A DNA stretch of 64,000 bases from Amoebophrya sp. A120. Taxonomy: Eukaryota > Protista > Dinoflagellata. The translations under genes were made by a program, and so were the position numbers. Shown here in pieces: positions 50,101 to 59,046 of this stretch; the first letter of the stretch is position 1; every line of letters starts with the position of its first letter. The notes under the pieces were generated by a model. It was not told the origin of the DNA. It worked only from the letters and a program-made list of their open reading frames with translations, and did no database searches. The stretch covers positions 3,649,378 through 3,713,377 of the forward strand of contig CAJINV010000003.1 of assembly GCA_905178155.1 (NCBI GenBank). Reading direction: 5' to 3'.

Positions 50101-52862
50101 CCAGCCGAACTCTCCGTCTGCAGCAACGAAGACTCCTGTCTACTTCTTGCGGTGCTAAAGGGAGACGAAGCTGCTGTTAACTCGGGTTGTACTAGAGGCA
50201 CTGCGAGCCGCGACGTTTCGGGCAACACGGCACTATTGCTGTTAGGCATCATGATCTTGTTCACATGTCCGCCCAGTTCAGCCAAGTTTGTGCTGCTGCC
50301 GGCCGCTAACTCTGCTGCGACCCGCACGCTGCGCTCCAGGTCCGCGGACTCCAGTTCTCGTTTTTCCGCATCGCGCTCCATCTCGGTCTCCCGCAAGAGA
50401 CGCGTGGACTCGCCAAGCGCCGCCTCTAATTTTGCAACTTTTTCCTGCCCCGAGGACAGTTCCGAGAGGTGCTTGCTCAAGTGCTCTTTCTCGCCTAGCA
50501 GTTCCGCGAGTTGCCTCCGCGTTTGTCTCAACTGCTGCCCGGCCAGGTCCCGCTCACTCTTCATCCGCTGCGCTGCCGCGGTCTGCACCTTCGCTTCCCT
50601 CTCCAGAACGCGCTCCAAATCTTGCTGCTTCAACTTCTCCTTCGTGGCCTTTCCATTAGCTACCGCTCGCTCAGCGCCGGCGTGGAACGCGGTTTGCTTC
50701 AGCGCTTCCAGCTCCGACCGCAGCGCCTGGTCTTTCGCCTATCAAATATAAAAATGTCTGGGTCTGGAAGAATCCGAACTTGTGATGCACATTTCAGAAC
50801 ACAGAAAAATCTCTCATGCATGGGTAGCAAAAGCTGCCCACTTTCTGTCACCAAAGTGGGGGATTTGTCATGCGGATTCGGCATTGCGGAAGCTTCTCGA
50901 AACCTGTAATGCTAGAGCTTCCATGCCAGACCTTCTGTGTCATGCAAAAACAGCATGACTCTTCCAGACCCAGACATTTTTACATTTGATATCGCCGCCG
51001 CCTCGTCCAAGGCCGTGGCCGCCGCCTTCTCTACCTGTCGGTGCAGCACCTCCGCGTCTTCCGCTTTCCTCTTTTCCGCTCGCAACTTCGCGTTCTCGGC
51101 CTGCAATTGCTCAATGAACGCAACTTCTTCTGCCGACAAAGAACCCGTGTGGTGGTTGTGCGTATCGGAGAAGAGCTCCAACTGCACAAACGTTGGAAAT
51201 TGGTTTTTCAGTTCCTCTGCTCTGCCGTCCTCGCCCGACTGCTTCAGCAGCATGCGCAGAATGTCCATTTCCGCAGCGAACGCCTCCTTGGCCTTCTGGT
51301 ACATGCCGCGCCCGCGCTCGAGCCGATCGTAGATACCGGGACTCAGGGTCACCGTCCCGTCCGCCTTGATGCCGAGTCCCAACTTGTACAGATCCGTTCC
51401 CAACTGCAAGGCGTGGTTCTTCTCCAGCTTTTCCTTGGTTTCCAGCCAATCGGCGATAACCGCGCTGCGCTTCTATCCTGATTAAAAACGTCCCCACACC
51501 AGAGTCAAGTTGGCAAATCTGCTAGACAAATCACACAGCTTTGGTTGTTTGGCATGACAAGTTTGTCCTCGTAGTGTAATCCTGTTTCGCTAGCTCAGAA
51601 GCATTACAGATCTAGCCTACCATGCTGATTCTAGCATCACAAACTCCAAAACACGAATAGAAAATGCTTCTCATAGGGCTCCGCATCATCATCATCATGT
51701 AGTGGACACCCGCTCCCAGCGCCACAGGTCAAGGATCCCCTCCCCGGGGGGTGGGCGAGGAAGCACTTTCGGCGACCTCAACATACAAAAGCCGAGCGCT
51801 ACCACGGCAAGTCGCCCCAATACAAGTGCCAACCAGTCGGGAGCTACCCACCACACCTGATCAGCACAGCCCGGCCAGCTAGCCGAGCGCGACAGCCGCA
51901 TGAGAAACTTTTTTGGCATGCAGAATTGCATGACAACTCTGGGGTGGGTACGTTTTTACATAGGATAGCTTCGTTGCTTTGTTCAGGCCGAGCGACTCGG
52001 GGCCAGAAACTGGGTCCGCCGCTTGGTCGGACCTGTCCTTGTAGGCCAGGTCGAGCGCGGAGATCCTCTCCTTCAGCTTCCGCTTCGAGTCCTCAATCAA
52101 CTTGTTCCCCGTATCCAGGAGCGCTTCCACCTCGGCCGGCGACATCTGATCGGTAGTCGCGTCCCCGATGGCGCGCCGCTCCGTCTCCGCCAGCGCGAGA
52201 TCGTTGTTGAAGTCTGCGCTTTTGTGATAGTGACCAGGCCGCCGATGATGTTTTTGCGACGGCGACGTACTTCTACTTTCATCGACATCGTCCGCAAGTT
52301 GTGCTGGTAATACAGAGGAGCTGCCGAAAATGGTACCGTCGCTGGCATGGTGGTTCCAGACCTCACCAAGCCAGTCGTAATACTCCTCTTTTTCGGTTTC
52401 CTGTTCGAGCCCGCTCGTGCCTGCCAGCACGCGGCTCTCGCGGCTGCGCAGCTCGGTCTGCAACCGGTACCGCTGCGCGGGACAAGTCTGCGCGCAAGAA
52501 AGCGACTCCTCCACATTCTCGGGGTCTATCTTTACGTTGCACTGCACGTAAATCGCGGTTTTCAGGTCGGGAAACGGATCCGCGAGAGCGTCCAGGGTCC
52601 GGGGCAGGGCAGCACATTGCCCGTTTTCTGTCCTCCTAGTTTTCCGTCGCTTCGCTGACGCCGAAAGTAGAACGGTGTCAGCCTCCTCCTGCAGAAACGA
52701 AGTGCGTGGCCTGCCGCCGCGACTGCGACCACTTGATGTCGCTGGTCGTCGGAACGGCAATTTCGGACGGACGCGGAACACCGGAACCGCGAATGCGGTT
52801 TGCAGACTCAGGAGTGCCGCGGACCATGATGAGGCGGACCTTCTCCTCACGAAATCTGCCAT
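32150..52862 (-). CDS. Giant secreted coiled-coil protein, ~5966 aa, 13 exons, with a C-terminal Cys-rich (WSC/PAN-like) domain
   Basis: Exons 52862-51968, 51468-50992, 50734-49446, 49255-49109, 48944-48667, 48382-46769, 46551-45968, 45657-45014, 44888-44744, 44430-42077, 41943-34681, 34580-34122 and 33901-32150. Seven GT-AG introns plus five introners, all phases consistent. Signal-peptide-like N-terminus (SWSAALLSLQTAFA) and many NxT sequons. Confidence 0.75.
44436..44743. mobile_element. Introner family A copy 1 (308 bp), TSD CGTGG
   Basis: TIR TATTACAATGAAAAATGCCCCC / GGGGGCCTTTTTCACTGTAATA. CGTGG at 44431-44435 and 44744-44748. Excision restores AYHV-LVYR. Confidence 0.93.
45663..45967. 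mobile_element. Introner family A copy 2 (305 bp), TSD CCGTC
   Basis: Highly similar along its full length to 44436-44743. TIR CATTACAATGAAAAATGCCCCCACCCCC / GGGGGTGGGGGCATTTTTCATTGTAATA. CCGTC at 45658-45662 and 45968-45972. Excision restores SKTD-VDLQW. Confidence 0.93.
48388..48666. mobile_element. Introner family D copy 1 (279 bp), TSD CGCAG
   Basis: TIR TATCCTGAGTAAAAATGTC / GACGTTTTTACATAGGATA. CGCAG at 48383-48387 and 48667-48671. Excision restores ARLR-SELRQ. Confidence 0.92.
50740..50991. mobile_element. Introner family C copy 1 (252 bp), TSD TCGCC
   Basis: 32-bp TIR TATCAAATATAAAAATGTCTGGGTCTGGAAGA / TCTTCCAGACCCAGACATTTTTACATTTGATA. TCGCC at 50735-50739 and 50992-50996. Excision restores EAAAK-DQALR. 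Confidence 0.93.
51474..51967. mobile_element. Introner family D copy 2 (494 bp including a nested insertion), TSD GCTTC
   Basis: Homologous to 48388-48666. TIR TATCCTGATTAAAAACGT / ACGTTTTTACATAGGATA. GCTTC at 51469-51473 and 51968-51972. Excision restores KATKR-SAVIA. Confidence 0.92.
51687..51895 (-). mobile_element. Nested non-LTR-type (SINE or 5'-truncated LINE) insertion with an (ATG)n tail
   Basis: Absent from the paralogous copy D1. Flanked by CCGCAT at 51681-51686 and 51896-51901. (CAT)4 at one end only. 494-215 = 279 bp, exactly the length of D1. Confidence 0.75.
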
Positions 52863-53709
52863 GGTATTCCAAGCGCCCCAGCAAACTTCTGCGCCGGCAT
52901 ATTGCGGCCTCACCACCCAAGGTCAATCCCCCAGCGTGACCTCAGATGCATTCTTGATGAAACCGATTTTATCGATGTGCCAAGTCTGCTCTAGTTGTAG
53001 TTGTCTCGTTTTATCGCTTTTCTCTTACTTTTAGTTTACCGCTTCTGTCATACTGGTACCGATGTTACGGCACCAGCGAATGTTCATACCCACCAGCTCA
53101 TACCCACCACCACGACCATTTTGCAATTTTCCGCTCGAAGAAAATTAGAATAAGCAGACTACATTCTCTCGACGTCAACCTGTCGTCAACAATAGGGCCG
53201 TGGGAGTACAACAAGAACCCTTGTTCAACCCGTTTCACAGAACACTTATCTATCAGGAAAAGTGCAGAATTTTCCCTTCTGCTTCTGCATCGAACTGATG
53301 CTGCAAAGACTTTCAGAAAACGCGCAAGGTGATACTGACGGCGAAAGTACCAACTTCTCAACCAAGTGGCTGTGAAACGATCCAACAGATAGAAGTTGAA
53401 ATCCCTTCTCGGAAGATTGATTGCTGTAAAAAGATTGTGAGGATGTGTGTCTCCTTCAGAGAGAGTTCACGCATACGCATTCCGCAAGTGCTACTGGATC
53501 TGCGGCCACGCAGATGAAGCAAGCAACTCCATTCCACTACACCACCGACCGGCATTCTCCGACGCCCGTAGTACCTCCACGATCAGCTCTATCCCTGATA
53601 AAGTCCTGTGTAGAAGTGCCTCCCGTGCCGAAGCCGTGCTTGTGAAGCTCGCACTACATCTCGCATTGTCACAGCCAGCGCCAACTTTTCGCATTTTGGC
53701 GCGAACGCT

Positions 53710-56700
53710 TCACATGTTGTCGAAGTCGAAGTCCTCGTGGTGATGCGCTGAGCCGGCTTTCCGGATGTTGACCGTCCTCTTCCCTTTGCTGTTCTGGATA
53801 AACTGCCCCGCTCGTTGAAAACTGGCGAGCCTTTGGAATTTTTGCGCAGCGCTCAGTTTATGCGTTCCGGCCGGCCCCACCGAGCCTGCGGTATCCACGT
53901 CGGTCCCAACCTGCAGCGCTACTACAGCCTCGGGCGACGCTTCCCCTTCCGGCGCCCCCGCTTGTTGTTGTGCGTTCTCCACCAAAGCAGCATCCTCCTT
54001 ATCGACAATCTCGGCAGCCGGAACCACAACTGTTCCCGCGACCAGTGCTGGATCCATTTCCGTTTGCTCCACTACCGGTTCCGCATTTTTTCCGGACGTA
54101 CGCATGGTGGGCATTTCTGAGTGAAGATTACCCACGGTGCGTTTTCTTTTCAAGCCGATGCCCTTCTGCATCTGCGACGTCAAATTCCCGACGGTGCGCA
54201 TACTTAGCAGCTTCCTACTTCCCAATCCTCCTACAGCATCTTCGTCCTCACCTTCGTCCTTCTCGCTACTGGCTTCGCCCTCGCCCCTGACCTGGGACTT
54301 CTTTCTCTTCTGCGGCTTCTTGCAGCAAAGCCGCCGGCTGACCGCCTTATCGTACCTAATTTCGCAGTAGGAAAGCAGCGCGATTTCGACGACTCCGAGT
54401 ATACCGAGCACCACTAGCAGCGCAATCAGGGCGGTGTTGTTCTCCCCCGAACTAGAGCCGGAAGACACCATGGGCGACGATGCCGCAACTACAGACTGGG
54501 GCAAGTAAACAGACATCGTCCCCACTGTGGGCGTCGCGGTGGCCACACTCGTCGTGACGTTGTTCAGTCCGACCGATTGCAGGGTCGCACTGCTTGCCAC
54601 AGCTGCTTGGAAGGATGAAGTGAATCCCTGCTGAAACGCGGTCGGAGAGCCGGCGCTCAGCTGGGCGACCATCGCCTGCGCCGAAGAGCCCCCGTCGAGT
54701 GCCTCGCTCGCATCAGAAAACCGGATTTCGTAAGCCACCGCGACCGTGACGGTTGATCCGACAGTGACGTTCGCGCCCGTCGTGGCGGTCAACACGCGAA
54801 GCAATGAGGGGCTTTCGATAACGATCGAGAACAAGATCCAGAAAAACCTTGCGCACTCGATTGCCGTGGTCAGAATGCTGTTGGTCGCGGCACAAATGCT
54901 AGTCTTCAACGCGTCCAGGAAGCCGGAGCACACGGAAATACTCGGATCGTTGAGCTTGTCCGTCGAGCCGCAGGCGGTGACAAAGGCGGAATTCCCGGAG
55001 AAGCTCAGCGTCATATTCGTGCCCGCGGAAACAACCGACGCTTCCGCCTCCACCAAGGGGTCGTCCGCGGATCCCCCCGTAGCGGACGTGGCGTTCGTGT
55101 TGTAGAGGTCCCCGATCGAAATGGGAGTGGTCGTCGTTGTTGGGGCGCTCGTTGCGGGGCCCACGTAGGGGGTTGTGGTCGAGGTGGACGTCGTCGTCGT
55201 AGAGCTTGTGGAGGTCGTCGTTGGCGGTGGCGTCGTCGTGCTGGTGGTGGTGTACGTCGAGGTCGTGGTGGTGCTCGTGGTCGTCGTTTCCCGGTAACAC
55301 AAGGTGGCGTGGCGCGAAACCCCGCTGTTGGAGGTGATTTTACTCAGCGCGTTGAAAATGCAGCTCTTACTCGCGCCTTGCCAGCTGTAGCAGCACCCCC
55401 CGAGCGGCAAAAAGTCGTCGTTGCGCGTCAAGTTCGTCGTGGCGTCAAACAGTCCCAGTTCCGAGGCTTTTTCTTCGCACTTTTGCAAGCACTCGTTGCT
55501 CACGGTCACATCTAAGTTCGTCACTTCGCTTGTGAGAGAATGCTCTAATGTGGAATCGGAGCAGTGCAGCGTGTTGGCGAACCCATTCGCGGGGTCCAGT
55601 GATTTCCCCGCCGCGGCGTCGATGGCGCCGCTCCCTAGAGTGCAGGAATAGGGCCACTTGGTTGTGGTGGTAGTCTCGGAAACAGGCATGCACAAACTTG
55701 CATACATGTAGGCGCCACTCGTCTCCTCCAGATCGTCGGTCACGCCCGCGTACCAGCGGCACGTGGAACTGGGTGCGTAATTGTAACAGCACCCGACCGT
55801 GTTTTGGAAGCTGGAGTAGAGATCGCAGAATCTCTGGCAGCTCGACGTGCTGTAGTCGTAGCCGGCGCTGACGAGGTGCGGAAAATTGTGCTGGTAAGCG
55901 GTGTCCTCCGTCGTAGCGGTCCCGGTCAGAGAAGTGGTTTGGTCCGCAAAGGCCGTCAGATTGCACCGTCGGTACGCCTGCATCTCGTAGCACTTGTAGG
56001 CTTCGTTTTCGCAGTTATCCCCGGCGCGCCGATAATCACACTCCGCACACACGCACTCCCCGTATTTTGTCGTCGTGCGCAAGCAGTGGCCGTTGTACTT
56101 CGCCTCCTCGATTGCGCAGTTCTGACAGCTGTTCGTAGTGCTGCTGAACACCTGAAAAAGGATGGGAGCGTGATTCTATGTATGAAGCACCGACTCCGGA
56201 GATCTTCCACAACCGCTACGTAAGAAAGTGCTTCAAATCCATCAAAATGCAAGAAAATAGACCAGAAGTAAGAGGAAGATTTGAAATTCGAAAAAAACGA
56301 CAAAAATCATAAAAACAAAGACGTGTACCTGCCCCGCCCGGCACTGCGTGACAACGGGCTGTATAGCTGTCCACGCTGACGCGAAAACGTACCAGTCGCA
56401 ACAAGGGTCGTAGAGGAAATCGACGCCCGTGGTAAGAGACAAAATCTTATCTGTGTTCCAACCAAATTTGTCGCTGGTGTTCCGCTCGAACTGCAGAGAC
56501 GGCCTCTGTTGGCGCAGCAAAATTGAAGGACCATTTCCGTCGTCCCACTTTAGTTCCGCGGGCCACAGCTCCCACTCTGACTTGGTCCAGCGGTCCATCC
56601 CATCCTTGCTGTAAGCATGCGCACCCCGAATCTTTTTCCGGTTGGAGGTGTGGTCCGTAGACTGCGTGTGCATGATCATGTGCGTGCCCCCCTGTTTGTC

Positions 56701-58152
56701 GATCCACATGAACAGATCCTCAGAATCTTGGAAAAGCGGAACGCCGAGCCGCGTATAGGGCCCACGCCACCACTCGGACGGATCCACGCCCGCCGGGTTG
56801 GAAGAAATCAATAATCCCACGCGCTCCGTGTGGTCGTGCGACGTGTCCGCGTCGCACCTCGTCCCCCGGTAGGCAATCACGGTGGTGCCATTCTCGTGCA
56901 CTACGAAGGACGGGTCCTTCGCGTCGCAGTCCCATTGGTCCAGAGTCCCGCTGTTCATGCCCTTGTGCACGCCGTCTTTCCACCCGTACACCATCTTGAA
57001 TCCCCAGGGGCCGTTCATCCCGGTCGTGGAGTTGTAGATCGCGAGGCCGAACACCCCGTTCTCGCTCCCGGTGGAAAGCATCAGCAGCTCGCTCGGCTTG
57101 GCCGGGTTTTGTTTCACGTCCGCGCGGAAAGGACCCTCCGCCCACTTGGGGTCGCGCATCTCGGTGAACGGGTATTGCAAGGAAACGTCCCCCCTCCCCA
57201 TATTGAAAGCACGTCTGTGATGCAGATTTGCGACCACAAGTCGGGCCTGTCTTGCAAAGAGGCACGCTCAGGCTTTCCGCCACGTCATAAAGGCGGTCTG
57301 TAATGCTGTAAGGCCTACAGGGTAGCCGTCTACCATGCGAAGCGCCTACACCAAGAGGCCCGCGGCTAGACTTAGGATCTGCGTGCAGTCCTCTACTGCA
57401 ACACAAATTTGATTTGTGTATCCAAATCCAGCATCAGAAGTTTCGTTTTGATATGGGGTGGGGAGATTTTTCCTTTTGATAACGGGCCCCACGGGTTCCC
57501 GCCCACGTCGGAGACGAACCTGGTCAGGATCGGTCGTTGCTCAAAGATTGTGTCATTCAAATAGGGGTTATAGGTCGTGGTGAAGTACCAAGGGATGCGA
57601 CCCGCAGTCTGGAAGACGGCGGCGCCCGCGTTCACGTTTTGCTGCGCCGCATTGTAGGCCGGACTCCGCCCCCAGGTGGTGTAAGGATCCACAACATTGC
57701 CCCAGTAGGGAAGATCGCCGGTGGGGTCCGGGCCCCCATCCAAGTACTCCTCGCTGATCACCTTTCCGCCCGTCACGAGATGCCAGCGGTTGTCCGTCGG
57801 TTCGAACCAAACAGTCCCTCCCCAAGTCGGATGGGACGCGTTCATCATCCACAGACCGGGCGCGCTGCGCTTCAACGGAAGTAGATCCAGCTGCGTACAT
57901 TCCGGTCCCCGCCAAGGAATTTTGCACTCGCATTGATACGTCGGAGCGTTGTGATAATCTAGGGTGGACGTGTCAAGCTCACAGAAGCCGTTCCCGTGTC
58001 AAGCTCACAGGGTCGCACGCCGTGAAGTTGTAGTCCCAAAACCCCCACGATGGCCAGCTTGGAACGCTCCGTCTACCGAGGACACAATCATCGCTCACGC
58101 GCTGCGCTGCTACAAGGACGAAGAGGAGCCGCGGTCTCTTTCTGCGCAACAT
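53710..58152 (-). CDS. Type I membrane/surface protein: EGF-like motif, glycoside-hydrolase-like propeller region, Cys-rich repeats, Thr-rich mucin stalk, TM helix
   Basis: CECKIPWRGPECTQLDLLP (EGF-like). WGG, DPSF, WRGPY, EDLFMWID, HAYSKDG..W and RQQRP resemble GH43/32-like propeller proteins. GT-AG intron at 56152-56328. Poly-Thr stalk at ~55130-55290. TM ALIALLVVLGILGVVEIALL. The 5' exon junctions (~57240-57480 and ~57980-58010) are uncertain. Confidence 0.6.
57969..58010. repeat. 16-bp direct repeat CGTGTCAAGCTCACAG, period 26
   Basis: Copies at 57969-57984 and 57995-58010. Confidence 0.9.
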
Positions 58153-59046
58153 GCACGACCTCACAAAGGTTGTACAATGCTCGAGATAGCTGGCGTCTAA
58201 TAATTCATACCCTATATTATCTTTCCTGGAGCAGGCGCGACTCGCGCCCCACTATCCGCCGCAGCGCGGCAGCTTTGGCTAATTTGGTTGCGTAAGAGAG
58301 CAAAGGCATTCACAAGCTCAAGGAAAAAAAACAGCAGTCTCCGTTTTTTCTCTCTTTCCATACGAAATGATTTATCTAAGATAAAGCGTGTGGTCAAATC
58401 ATCAAAACAAAAAATGAAACAGACGTTTGCGTTTGGGTGCGTAGCCACTAAGCCCTGGGTGGAGTTACAACTTGAAACCCAAATTGGCGGTACTGTTTGG
58501 TCTACTCATCGAGTCTAACTGACAGTCGTCGACACGCCTCTCTCAAGTGGTCTGAACAGATTCGACTATTCTCTCTCGGTCTCTGGTGTAAAGTCGTCCT
58601 CTCAACATGCGATTAATCGCACTGACCGATGACATTTCTGGTGTGAAATCATCCCCTCAACATGCGATTGACACCACTGACCGATAACAATTCTGCCTCC
58701 GAACGTCTGGTACGTGGGTTCTGCCAGTATGCGTTCGCTTTCGAACAAACTCTTGATCGCCCAGAGCAGCCGAGATTCGCACAGGCAAGCTCCTGACCAC
58801 ATCCATACGTCAGATGCCCCCATGCGCATACTGTGTCGAACTATTTGATGAGCTGATATTTTTGCACCTGTGCACTGGGCACGAAAGCACGCGTCGTCGA
58901 ATCGGAGTGCGCTTCTCCAGTTTTCTTTCATTTCTTACTCGCAGTCGCTCCTTCTACATCTACTGAATAATCGCTCGCACCATACAAAGTAGTCCTGTGG
59001 TACCGAAACACGAGCCGCACGGGTTTCCATCGTCGACCCACCAGAC

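Noticed and set aside
55130-55290. GTC/GTG-rich repeat resembling an array
   Set aside because: It encodes a poly-Thr mucin-like stalk. There is no repeat-spacer structure, so it is not CRISPR.
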